DNA of 63,859 nt, the filler included, from Hyphochytrium catenoides (lineage: Eukaryota > Protista > Hyphochytriomycota), in the NCBI GenBank assembly GCA_900088475.1. It is 13 parts of 13 records of this genome, joined end to end, with 100 filler letters (N's around TTAATTAATTAA, not from the genome) between each part and the next. Parts side by side here need not be neighbours in the genome. Positions count along the whole stretch, not along the records: positions 9,445 to 12,745 come from FLMG01004583.1; positions 12,846 to 15,905 come from FLMG01000711.1; positions 16,006 to 32,490 come from FLMG01002783.1; 10 more parts are not named here. The stretch is one strand, 5' to 3'. Shown piece by piece: positions 11,834 to 24,100 of this stretch. The stretch's first letter is position 1. The number at the start of each line of letters is the position of its first letter. Under the pieces are notes generated by a model. The model saw only the letters and a program-made list of their open reading frames with translations, had not been told where the DNA came from and did not search any database. Both the position numbers and the translations under genes were made by a program.

Positions 11834-12711
11834 GCTAGCTAGGAGCGGGAATTCCTCTGTAAGGTCGTCTCTGTCAATTGAGGGAGTGTTACGAGGCCAG
11901 CGAATCAGAAAGACTAGCTTCAAGATAGAAAAATGGAGAAGATACAACGGATGGCAGACAAAGACAGCGGCAGGAGAAGAGCGAGCGAAAGATAGAGAAA
12001 TGTGAGAGAGCTCGAGCGAGCGAGCGAGGGGAAAACCAACTTTGTAGACGGCGAGCTTCTGTTGATCCTCCTGAAGCCTCTGGATGTACGCAGCTTGCAT
12101 TGTGAGGGCCTTCTCAAGCTTCACAATGTGCGCCTGGAAGGCAGCGCGGAAGCATCGATGGAGAGAGAGAAACAAGAGAGAGAGAGAAAAGGAGCAGAGT
12201 AAGCACAAGAGAGAGAGCTTTCACTTTGTAGTTACGCTTGCTATGATAGGTCATGCCCATGTCTCCTCTGTTCTAGTGTCATATCAGTGCTTCTCTCCGG
12301 CCCTTGCTTAGGATAACGTCACTTCACTCTAATTTTCACTTCGCGTCTCTCTCTACCGTTTCTTATCCCTCCTCGCTCAATCATTTTCTCTCTTTCTGGT
12401 CTTACCCTTCGATTTCTGTCTCTCTAGATCTCTCTCTCTTCTCTCTCTCTCGGCCCCCGCTGTCGCACAGTCTCCTTTGTTTCTTCCATTGTCTCTCTCT
12501 TTCTCTCGCCCGCTCAAGTGTCTCTCACCTTAGTTTGCTTCAGCTTCTTCCCTTCATGCTCCACGATCTGCACTCTGTCTCGCAGCTCTTGGTTCTCTTC
12601 TTTCAGACTTCGCTGTCTCTCTGCCGATCGGGCCAAATGTTCCGCTAATGTCCGCACGTCTGGAAGACCCTGAGTATCTTCAAAATGCGCACGAAGAATG
12701 GCGTTGACTTC
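10382..12711 (-). CDS. Coiled-coil protein, CCDC33-like C-terminus (5' part missing)
   Basis: GT-AG exons 12711-12529, 12133-12041, 11266-10958 and 10555-10382 splice in frame: ...LKEENQELRDRV...AHIVKLEKALTMQAAYIQRLQEDQQKLAVYK|STVGTQERVIEKLQKIIESKLK...ALQEQMVLNAKEAQAKITNLEMRLFE...*. This resembles the CCDC33 C-terminal pattern (YK.T...QE.VIEKL; LE.Q...NA). Confidence 0.7.
11483..11597. repeat. Perfect 56-bp tandem duplication inside an intron
   Basis: aaaagacctttagatattctacagtccaagagggtaagagaaaaagaaggaaagtt at 11483 and 11539. Confidence 0.95.
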
Positions 12712-13280
12712 CTGCGATCAAAGGAGAGATGATGTGGGGGGGGGGNNNNNNNNNNNNNNNNNNNNNNNNNNNNNNNNNNNNNNNNNNNNTTAATTAATTA
12801 ANNNNNNNNNNNNNNNNNNNNNNNNNNNNNNNNNNNNNNNNNNNNCCATAATAATATGAACTATGAACTCTCTCTCCCTCTCTCTCACCTGTCGCTGGCT
12901 GGTCTGTCTCTCTCGGACTGTTTTGCTTTCTCTCTCTATCTCTCTCACTCAGGCACCTGTCCATGCCGCGGTCCGAGCTATCTCCTCTCGTTCTCTTTCT
13001 CTTCGTCTCTCACTCTCTCTCCTCCCCGCTACGTAGCAGCCTTTTCTGTTAGGAGGGTGCAGGGTTGAGGCTACGTTGCTATAAGCTTCAGGCTATATAA
13101 GGGTTATAATATAGGGGAAAAGAGCATTTCCTTGATCGCTCTCTCTCTCACTTTTTCCCTCTCGTCTCTTTTTCTTTTCGTCTCTCATTCTCTCTCCTTT
13201 CCGTCAACGTAGCAGAGGATAAGCCGTCATTCCTTACTTCCTTTCTCTCTCGATTCCCCTCTCGGATGTTTTGTAGCTGC

Positions 13281-15613
13281 TCACTCTGCAAGCACTGCGA
13301 TCCTGGGGTCTCTTGCGAGCGCTGCCTCCAGGTCCGCATATTTCTTCAGGGCAGTCTCTTCATGACGCGAGAGTCTCTGTTCCAAAATCTGGCAATTCAA
13401 GATGTACGAGACAGAGAAGAGGGAGAGAGAAAAGGAAAAGAGAAAGAAACATAAATGCAAGAGAGACAGACGAAAGGGCGTTAGCAACCAAGTGATATGA
13501 GGGAGCTGTCCACCCATGTCCCGGAGGAGAAAACTTAGAACCAAATAGATAGAGTCAAGCTCGAAGAGAGAGAGAGCGCTCCTTTATGCTATGTTTTCTT
13601 CTTCTGTACTTCCTCTGTAGTCTCTGTCCCCCGTAGAACAAAAAGAATATTGCTCTCCCTTTGCCGTCCTTGTCTCTCCTATCTCTTTCCTTTTCTGCCT
13701 GCTCTCGTTTTCCCTTCCTCTCCCTCCGTTGAGCACAAGCGCAATCTCTCTTCCTCTGTCTTCCCCCTTCCCTCTCTCTTCTGTTCTCTCCTTCTCTCTT
13801 TTGTTTCTTTCTTTTACTCTCCCTCTCCGTCTTTCTCTCATGACCTCTCTCCCTTTTTCTTCTCTCATTGCCGGATCTCTCCTCTCACCTGGATCCTGAA
13901 CATCGCCTCCGAGCAGAAGCGCTCAAATTCTTCATCTCCTCCGCTCTCCGCGCTTCTCTGTCCTCTCTGAAATGCCGCTTGCTTCTTTGCCAGAAGCGCA
14001 TTCTCTTCATCGAGTCTCGCCTGTATAATGTTAGCTCTTTCGACTAATCGCTCTTTTAGGGCGCGAAGACAGGAGTCTTGGGCCTTTTGTGCCTCTTCCA
14101 GGGAGAGAGGAGGCGCATGGGGCAGGAAAGGAGTCAGGTAGTCCACGATGCGTGGATCCCTCTGCGTTTATTAGGGTGAAAGGGAGAGAGAGAAGGAGTG
14201 AGAGTGAGAGAGAGAGGGTGGTGGAGAGAGAGAAAGAGAAAGGAGGGGAGAAAGAGAGAGAGAATGTTTTGGATGAGAGAGTGCAAAAGCAGACCTTCGG
14301 ATCAGAGCAAGAAAGTTCGTAAGGAAAGTTATACTCGTCATAGAAGACAGGGAAAAAGATGGAGAGAGAGAAAGAGAGAGAGAAAAGAGAAAGGTGAAGA
14401 CTAGGAAAGAGAGAGAAAGGAAGGATGGGACTGAGAAGATTAATCTAAACATAGGAAATGACTGCGGAAAGCATGGAGACGAGAGATGAAGAACAATACC
14501 AATTAAAGCAAGGAGGACATAGGAGAGAGAGACGAGACAAAGTGACAACCCCAGAGAAACTGAGATGGGTGCGGGAAGAGACAGAAAGTGAAAGAGATGA
14601 CAAAGAGGAATGTAGCAATAAGCAGGAAGGGGAAGGAAGGTAGCTGAGGGAAAAATGCCTGTCTCGCCGCTGACCTCCATCTGCTGCACTTCTCTCTCTA
14701 GATTCTCGCCATTGTCTTCAGCCTTCTGATGATGCTCATCCCACACCTGCACAGAAAACAGAGGACGGAAGGCGTTAGGAAGGAGAGTTTATTGGTGACT
14801 TAGGCGAGTGAAAAAGAGAGAGAGAGAGGGAAGCAAAGCGAGAGAGAAAGAGAGAGAGAGGGAGGGGGAACGAGAGAAAGGGAGTGAAAGACAAGACAAA
14901 TGGCAAAGAGAACGTCCCAGTAGTAAGTGCCCAAGGGAACCTTCAAGACCTTGCACCGCTGTCAAGAGGAGAGGGAGGCTATCAACCGAGAATGACGAGA
15001 CGGCCAGAAAGAAGTCTAGAGATGAGAGAGAGAGAAAACATCACCTCTCTTTCGAGAACAATGGCGTCCTCTTCTCTCATTCTGAAGTTCATTAGCTCCT
15101 GCATCTCAGCCTCCATCAGACGGCAGGACTGGTAACAACCACGCTCAGCCTGCAGGAGAGAGCCACAAAGGGAAAAAGAATAAAACATGAGACAACTGGA
15201 GGGAAACCGCCCGACAAAGAGAATGAGGTCACAGTCTTTCTCTCTCTCTCTCTCTGTGTCTCTCCTCCTTTACTCTTCCAGGCATTCGTACCTCTAGACT
15301 CTCGACAAAATCTTTTTGCAGCACACTCTCCTTCGGTGGTACGCTGTAGCTGTCAGCCATACGCACTTGCGGTGGCCTCTGCCAAAGAAGGCAACAGAAA
15401 GAAGAAGCGCAAAGCAAAAGAGAGATGATAAAGAGAGACGCGTCGGGATAAAAGAAAGAGTTGGTGAGGGACAGAAGAGAAAAGGAGAGAAAGGCCCGGA
15501 TAGGTTAGCTCACGAAAGGCTCCTCAACTTCATTGTCAAACATAAAGAGGGAAGCCATACCTGGCAAAATGGAGAAGCTGTCTCTCTCTCTCTCCCCATG
15601 TATCAATATCCTC

Positions 15614-15651
<38 letters not shown>

Positions 15652-15816
15652 AGCTTTCTCCTGTCTCTCTCTGTCTCTCTCTCCCCCTTATCCCCCGTCA
15701 GTTACCTCTCCATCCTTGTAGTAAACGCGAGAAGAGGAAGCAATCTTCCCCGGCCCAAAGTGATATTGAACGCGGATGGTTCCTTGCTGAAGATTAAAGG
15801 TCCGCTTGGCGATGTC
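13281..15816 (-). CDS. DRC7: Dynein regulatory complex subunit 7 (CCDC135/FAP50), C-terminal exons
   Basis: Exons 15816-15706 (DIAKRTFNLQQGTIRVQYHFGPGKIASSSRVY), 15378-15292, 15149-15045, 14746-14675, 14161-13889 (DYLTPFLP...CLRALKERLVERANIIQARLDEE...FCSEAMFRIQ) and 13388-13281 (ILEQRLSRHEETALKKYADL...DPRI). These are hallmark DRC7 C-terminal motifs. Confidence 0.92.
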
Positions 15817-16005
15817 CTGGACAGCAAGAGCACGGAACGTCAGAATGTCTAATCCACCGTTACCGCTTGAAAGAGAGAGAGAAGGAGAAAAGAGAGAAGG
15901 AGAGANNNNNNNNNNNNNNNNNNNNNNNNNNNNNNNNNNNNNNNNNNNNTTAATTAATTAANNNNNNNNNNNNNNNNNNNNNNNNNNNNNNNNNNNNNNN
16001 NNNNN

Positions 16006-17189
16006 CTCCTAAGTGGTCAGCACTATGGGGAGCTGACTGATGCAGACTGGTCAAAGGACGGAACGGAGCTTCTAATTACCTCCGCAGATGGCTACTGCTC
16101 TCTCGTACGGTTTAACGCAGGGGAGCTTGGAGAGAAACTGGACACCGAAGGTAATTGTGAAAGATTGGAGACTTGAGTTTGCCACGAAAGGGTCAAGGTC
16201 AAGGGGCAAAGGTCGGAAGTAAAATGATGGGGGGATTAGCGTTAGATGCTATCCAGCTCTGGGTGAGCTTTTGTTGAAACCCCGGTCCTAGCTCTGGGGG
16301 TCTGAGTCTGAATGGTTTGTTCGGCCAGCTATGGTGGCGATTGTAAGTGACGAACCATTGGATCTGCACAGTTGTCTTACTCTTTGTCTCCTTCAAGAGC
16401 TGCCGGGGAGTCTCCGCAGTTTGCTAGAATCAGCTAGAAGGAAGATGGATAAGCAGACGACTGCGGATGAAGAAGACAGGAGCAGATGCGACGTAGCGGT
16501 TGGCAAGGAGCGGAAGAAGGCAGAGGGAAAGCCACCAGTCACCGTGAAGAAGAAGATTGTACCTGAACTCATAGCTAAACCAACGCAACATGAAGAGGTT
16601 GAAGCGAAGGAGGATGCCCCACAGGTCTGTAGTCTGGGACAGTGAGCATTACGACTGGAGTTGAAGATTGATGCGGAGAGTTTAGTTGGTCCTAACGTTA
16701 TGGGAAATGGAGAGCGGAAGAGGCGGGCGAGAGAAAACTGGAGATCAAAATGGGAGTAAATTGCTCCACGAGGCCAGAGGCTCCTCCCTAAATATGGGCG
16801 GAGGATGAAAAGAACTCCAAAATAGATAGAGATAGCACACTAGGACAAGACATTTAAGTAACGCTATCCAATTCCTCTTCCTGTTTCATCAGGACAAGCC
16901 GCGAGTTGAGCCAGCGACTCAATCCAGCCAACAAAAGAAAGAAAAAAGGAGGATTACTCCGCAGCTTGTTGTTCCCAGTGAGAGGGAAGAGATGACGATG
17001 GCGCCTGTGGGAGGAAGTAGCGGTACCAAAGACAGCGTTGACAATGTTCCAATAGGAGAGACAAGCCCTCAGAAAGTGAAGGGAGGTGCCCCGTTGGAGC
17101 CGGTTTCAGAAGCTTCGCCGACAGCTGCTGGGGAGGAGCAACCAAGAAAGAAGAAGAGGATTACACCCACGCTCATCTCTGTCTCTTGA
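16006..17189 (+). CDS. CHAF1B: Chromatin assembly factor 1 p60 subunit (CHAF1B/Cac2/FAS2), C-terminal part
   Basis: The last WD40 blade reads HYGELTDADWSKDGTELLITSADGYCSLVRFNAGELGE (16006-16150). Exons ~16399-16624 and 16893-17189 encode a disordered tail with Asf1-binding B-domain-like motifs (KRRITPQLV, KKKRITPTLI). Confidence 0.88.
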
Positions 17190-17537
17190 GCCTAAACGAC
17201 CAACGTATGGCAGGCGTCTGCCCTCCCTGTCTGGGGTCTGGCATGAGTGCCGCTCTTTCGCCGAGCTATTATGGGCGCCGATAGAGACAGACGAGGTGAA
17301 AGCAACATGTAGAGAGAAAACCGACAAGCAGACACTGTTAATATGAGCAAGCAAGCAACAGCAGCTCCTGAAAGTTTGTATATAGTTGTTAATCCTTACG
17401 ACCGATGGTACTTTTCTACTGATGAACTCATGCTCAGCATGGAGCAGGAAACGAGCCTCTAAATCACTATGGTTCCGCAGGCAAGACAGTGCAGCATGGA
17501 ACGCTTCCCGATTCTACTTCTCATCCTAAAATATCGC

Positions 17538-20031
17538 TTACTCTGTCTTGCTCTCAAGCTTAAGCTTGCGCTTNNNNNNNNNNNNNNNNNNNNNNNNNNN
17601 NNNNNNNNNNNNNNNNNNNNNNNNNNNNNNNNNNNNNNNNNNNGAGCCATCCGCATTCAGGAACCATGGGCGGACCCGTCGGTACAGCTCGCGGTTGACA
17701 GCGGTAGCTAGAGGGACTGTGTAATGACGACAGCGACAACAAGGACGCATGAGTATTCGGATGGGACTGGGAGACAGAACAAGGAGAGAGGGGGATAGAG
17801 AAAAGACCCAATTGCCGGACTGGGGGCAAGGAGAAGGGTTCAGGCTCAGTCTTTTTCTGCTTACCAGACATAAAGAAGACATAGTATCCTGGGTAGAATC
17901 CATGCCAGAAGGCGGAGCAGAAGTATGTGGCAATCAAGGAGTTGTTAGTTCGGGTGTAGACATAGCGCTCCAGCCAGGACTGAGTCCCCTTGTTCCATGC
18001 GCGAGAACCTACGAACAGAGGGAGAAATGGGACCAAGGAGAGACAGCGAGTCTGCTTAGGCGATATGCGCTAACGAAGAGATAAAATGAGAGCAGACTTC
18101 ACCCCTTTGTGGAGGCACAGCAGGTGAATGGGACATAGAAACGATGCCATTACCTTCCCTAACACTCTGTGCAGTCTCAAACGCTAAAATGTCCATGTTG
18201 TTGACTCCAGACCATCCCTTCACGTTTCCTTCCTTATCATAGCCCTCGAAACCAAATCCAGCAAACACGCACGCGCCTTCAGCAACCTGCGGGAAGCCAA
18301 GTACGAGACGACCCATGTGTCCAAGAGAGTGCGTACGGATTAGCGAGAAGTGAGAGAGAGTAAAAAAAGGGTTTTCGGCCAAGGAAAGCCAAACATAGAC
18401 GACCAGGCAACGCTGAGGAAATATGCGTTCAAGGTTAGACGAGAGATAAAGGTGACAAATGAGGGATAAGAAGTAGCGCCACCACAATAGAGGAACACGA
18501 GAGCAACATTTACCTTCCACGCGAAATAGTACTTCATCCTAACAATGAGCAGCGTGAACCATGCGAAGGCTACTCGCTCTAGGAAGGGCTTAACCAGCAC
18601 CTTGGCGGAGTAGAGCATGCTAACATTGTAGGAGGAACTGAACACGACGTAGATCCCCATACAGGTTAGGCCAGTAGCCAGCCTGAGTGAAGGAGAGACA
18701 TAGAGACGGATGTCCTCAGCAGACCGATTTTTTATCGCACGTCTTCTAAGGATGTCTTGCACGGAACTACCTCCATCTAAGAAACAACCTCCACTTAATC
18801 TCGTCCCCTCATCCCAGCTTCCACCTACGACTTTGTCTTTCCTTACATTCGTCCGATCCATACCTGCTAAGGCCTGCGAGGAAGCGAGAAGGGATAGGTG
18901 CCTTCTTGCCGAACTTATAAAAGTTTGTGCCGTCTACAGTGTCCAAGTATTCCCGAAGTTCGAAGGCAGGGCCCGCAAAGATGGTGGAGAAGTTGTAGCA
19001 GTAGCCCAGGTACTCCAACAAAGAAGGGAACCCGGTTAGCGCGTACTTCCTTCGTGTCGCATATACTCGCGATAGGGTCTGTTTAAACCGAGCATAAGAC
19101 AGAATAACAACTCAATAAGATAGTGGGACAAGTGATAGAGGTGATTGCCTCCCAGCACCAACGCAACATATTATCAGATTTGCATATCAAAATGCTCTGA
19201 AGGACAAAGAAGGACCCAAAACAAGTGAGACCCAGAAGTGGTGCCCCAACAGAGGGGTAAATAACGATAAAAGTTGAAGGAAAGGCATGTTATTGCCCGA
19301 CAAGCTGATCTGGGATGAGAAGCCAAACTGACTTTATCGGCAGGGTTGCTGTTGATCCTGTGTGCGTCTACAACGCCGTCGTAATAGTTGAAAGCAAAGC
19401 TCATAAGCTTGATGGTCAGTATCATTTGAGGACCCGTGAAGTCCAAGGTCCATCCCATGTAGTCCACATACACACGGTAGAGATGGCCCAAGGATAGGTA
19501 ACCCTACACGTTTGGGAAGGGAAAGGTCATCGGCAGGTTAAAGATGAGGGCGCCAGTACCATAAGCTCATTATCTTACCATCAGAAAAACAGAGGATATG
19601 TAAGGAGCCCATTGCGCAGGCCCAAACCTCACAAGGCAATAAGTTACAGCGACTGTGATCATAGAATGAATCCATGTGTTTCCAAGGACCAACATGAACA
19701 TCAGGAGGCCCGTAGTAAAAGAGAATACGTGCTTTGCCGTGGTGCCCGGGAGGTTGGCAAAAATAAGACCTAGCGGGTAAGTGAGGAAGAGAGCCAGCAC
19801 ATACTTCAACTGGTCCTCTGGGAAGCCTAATGTCTCGGCAAGGCCCATTAGGGACTCCTCGACCTACGTTTTGACTTAGGTTAGGGATGCACATAAATGC
19901 GGACCTTCGATCAGAATTGATCCAACGGGCCAACTTACCCCTGTTGGTAGCCTCAGAGTCAGCTTCTCAGCCATCTCATCGATGGGGCTAAGAGCCGCCT
20001 GGAGCGTATCAAAGTTCAGACCAACCTCCAT
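17538..20031 (-). CDS. MBOAT-family lysophospholipid acyltransferase (LPCAT3/Ale1-like), multi-exon
   Basis: Motifs FPEDQLKYVLALFLTYPLG, LDFTGPQMILTIKL, PSLLEYLGYCYNFSTIFAGP, RMKYYFAWK|VAEGAC, WNKGTQSWLERYVY and SAFWHGFYPGYY (catalytic His). ATG at 20031. The likely end KLESKTE* follows an internal N gap. Confidence 0.95.
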
Positions 20032-21135
20032 CCTGCCCTAAAAGGTGCTGCAGAACTCAATATCGTCGCACCGCGCTAGGTATCAAGTCGACTCCGCAGC
20101 TCTTCCCAAGCTAGAAAATGCCTTTCTAAGCGGCTCGTTCATAAGGTGCCGCGTTCAACGCACAGAGCAGAGAGGGAGATCTTCAAACAATGACCGCGAA
20201 TCTCCGCGGTCTATTCTCCTCGTTCGCTTCTCTCCTCGTCGCAGCCTTCCATTGCACTTCCCTTCCGATCGCTTCGGATCATTCCGAGCTGATGATCGGT
20301 GATGGCCCTGCGACAAATTCGTAAAGTACGGTTTTAGACTCGTACTACTCTATGTAATTGTGGACCAGATACGAAAAATACCGTTTGAAGAGGCTATTGT
20401 TCAAATTTGGTTCTTTATGATGGAGGCGCTAGGTGGGATATGACCTCAGCAGCTGTAGAACTACGAGGGGCGGTTGGCACATAGGGCAGAGAGGGAGGAA
20501 CATGAGGAAGAAAGAACAATACGAACACCGAAGTCTGACACACCTCTAGATGGTTGACAAGACAAAGACACAGTCTTTAGCCTTATTGTTCACAGGACAA
20601 ACCCTCGACGTGTGTCCTTGGTCAGTTCGATAAGTATGTGCAACTCGGGTTAATTTGTAATTCGAGTATAATTGGAAGTTAGCTCTAAGAGAATGTTACA
20701 AATCTTTTCGGTTGTCCGGGTCATTAGACGATTCTTCCATGTCATTGTGCGTTACGGCACATTTCAGGTTGTAGTTCCGGGTTAGGCTCGAGTAAACGAG
20801 AATCCGCCAATCTTGGGAGCCAAGAATCAAAATTCGCTGGGAGGTTGAAGTATCCTTTCAGAAGATCTAAGAGCTTGAGGCTGAAATGCAGATAGAGATT
20901 TGCCATTGGGTTTCTGTCAGGGCCCTTTATTCAGTCCTTTCTGCAAGTTTGCCCAAGAGGGTTCCTCTAAAGTAGCTGAGGGTATTTGCCTTACGAGGAA
21001 CATTAACAGCAAATAGAAGGAACAGACGGATGCATGAAAAGTCTACCCGCCTAGACTTCGTGTTCTCAGAGCTGTCCTTACAACGACGCACTCAAAGGAT
21101 AGCATCAGAACCTTCTTCGATCGTCGGTTGAAGCT

Positions 21136-24100
21136 ATGAGGCACCTCAGGGTGGTGGCAGTATTTGTTTTCTGCCAGCTTTCAAGCTTCCTCATCGCGAC
21201 AGAGGCCTTAGTCTCAGAGGAACAGAAAATAAGTGCAGTCAGTGTTCTGCTCCCTTACGCCTCTGATACCACCTTTTATGTTTGGTACGAGCTATCGGCA
21301 CAGCATGGATGCTATTCCTGGTCCGTGGAGGATCCCGACATGCTTGTTCTCATACAAGTCCCAAAGGAACAGGCAAAGTTCACTCCAACGGATGACCGTA
21401 AGTCCCCTCTATTGACAAGGCATCTAAGATAGCTGAACCTGACTAGCCAATGCGCCTTTTACGACTGTATCGCAGAGCCGGAAGCCCTTCACGGTCCGGT
21501 CTGCTTCGATCGAGCGCGAATTAGATCTATATCTAAGAAGACGACTGTGGTTAGTGAAAATTCATCGCTGTTCTCGACTGTCTGCCTCTTACCCCACTTC
21601 TGCTGTACATGACCAGTCTACCACGGTCTTTGCAACAGACAAGCTCTCAGGCAACTCACTTTCCTGCGAAGTCTTTGTTGCCCCGATTCAGAGTATGCAG
21701 ATTTTGACTACGTCGCGAAGCATAGGCGTCGGCCAAATAGAGGAGATAGAGGTATGTACATGGCGAATGACCAAAACTCGGAAAGCAACGGGGCGGCTTC
21801 TGAATAGGAATGGAAATGTTAGAGACGTCATAAGTTCCTGCTCCACAATGCCCAACTCTACACTTTCTGCTTCTCAGGTGCAAGCGTACGACGCAAAGGG
21901 GAATGTTTTCTCTTCATTGGAAGGAATGCCATTCAGCTGGTCAGTGGACAAGCAGACACACCTCAATCTCCGACCACTGGTGCAGGTGGCGGTGGAGGTG
22001 AGACCAAATAGTTAGACAATTGTAGAGAGTGGAGCCTGGGGATCACTGAGGGAGTATATAGACGCTATTGCTATGGATGGATGGGTGATAATAGGAACAA
22101 TGATAGCTGGGATAAAAGCGCATCAATGTGTTCTGCAGGCATGGTATAGAAGCTATATGGCCTGCAGGCATGGTATAGAAGCTCCATCTTGCCTGACCTA
22201 AAGAGACCACCCGATTCTACGAACCATACATATTTTACCGGCCGTCACAGGTCACTCCGGCACGCGCTCGGATGGAAAGACTCGGCTTCTCCTCTGACAT
22301 GATCATGATCGAAGGCGTTTCCACTGGCAAAGCCACGGTGACGACTAGCCTCAAGCTAGCTAGGACTGTAACGGGGAATGTGTCAGAGGAAGGCGTGATG
22401 GACGACAACGCAGTACCTCCCGCTTCTGTAGTCATCAACGTGTTGGAGGCAATCACCCTTCGACCCTGTCCTCTTTGCCCCCCTTCTCTTAGGAGGGTAT
22501 CCCCGGCATCCGAAGTGCGCTACTTCCTCTATGTGCATCGAAACAACCGGCTCGTCTATGTGCCTACTCCGGACCCGCACTTCTCATGGGTTTCCTCCGA
22601 ACCCCTAGTTATGGCTGCGCGAGACGAGGGAATGATTCTTGGCAAGCAAGAAGGACGAGCTAGTAAGGAAGCTTTTCTCCGGCCTAACGCTATTTCTCTT
22701 GAGCATGTTTGCTGCTTCTGACATTTCACTCGTTTGGCTCAGTTTGAGGACACACTACTTTGAGAAACACACCGGCCCCACCTTCCTTTTTGGAAGTATC
22801 ATAGCTGTTTCTGTTAACTTGTTCTACCAGCTTCGTCTTCTTTCTTCTAGATGCTCTATCAGGATGCGTGAAGCCTCTGACGTAAAATTTAAATTTTTGG
22901 TAGCCATTCGTGTCAGGGATCTTCGCATTGAAGGCAATGAGTGCTCCGGGCTTGTCAAGGTGGCACCGCCATCGCAGCTGGGTCTGATTATCACTATGAA
23001 ACCGACATATGAGGAAGAGATTGTCATGGCAAAGTTCCCTACTTTTGCCGCTTATAGGGAAGCCGAGGAACCATTTCCTTTGCCCACCAAGGTGTTTGTA
23101 TCGTCGATAGCTCTCCGTTACGGTTCTCGGCCTGATCTTTCCTACTCACGCATCCCATTAAAGGGTATTTGTGCTGTGATGCTCTTTAGGGCGTTGCCAC
23201 TTCTCCCGAGTGATTTTGAGGGCCTCAATAAGTGCCTCTAACGTTCTTCTTTTTGCCACTCAATCCTTACCCATAGGAGAGTGACCTAACTTCCTTTACT
23301 GCTATCTGGTACTTGGTGCAGAATTCATCTTACTATGTTACAATCACGGTACGTTAGCAGAGTCCTCCTAACTTTAACTCATATCGAAGGCATAGCTGTG
23401 AGTTGTTGGCTTATTATCCCCTTACATGTATATTGAGAAGTCATTATCTCTATAGATCTCCGCCGGAGTGGCGGGGGCGGTTGTTTAAAGAGTCTATACA
23501 CCTTGCTCTCCCATCAGTCAGCACTTTAACGAACACCTTGCAGGTGGAGAGTGAAGACGGACATGATATTGTCGTTACCAAAGACATGCGGTTTTCAAAA
23601 GCGCTCGAGAATGGGGAAAAGCAGGGCGCCAAGCTTTTGGACGCCGAGAAGATTGCTACAATCGGAGTAAAGGTGAGCCTCAGAGATTACATAGTTCCCG
23701 TTGAGAAGGCGAAAGATAAGTTCATATCTCTCTTTAACCTCAAATGCTCGCTCTCCCTAGCGATCTACCCAGCTTGATCCTCTTTGTCGCCTCTTCTTCT
23801 ATACGTTATTCAGGAACCTGAGCTTGCAAAGCTCCCATTTCATCCTTCGCAGTTCCCTCTCGCTACTTTTAGTGAGGGACAAGGCATCCTTAGTGTAGAG
23901 TTGCCATACGTAGAGAATGAAGCCGCACAACTCAGGTAAGAAATAAGGAAGAACTATGAAGGGGGCCCAGTGATGGGTGGTGTTATCAAGTGCTGAAGAG
24001 AGCACGGAATAGAGCAGGATACGGCCATCTTTCCTGTAGGATATACGGTCGGACAGGACCATAGGGCACATTGTGACGAAAACGATCGCTCGGCGTTCAG

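Noticed and set aside
10382-15816. Apparent cluster of ciliary genes (CCDC33-like next to DRC7)
   Set aside because: The genes are separated by an artificial spacer, so physical linkage cannot be established
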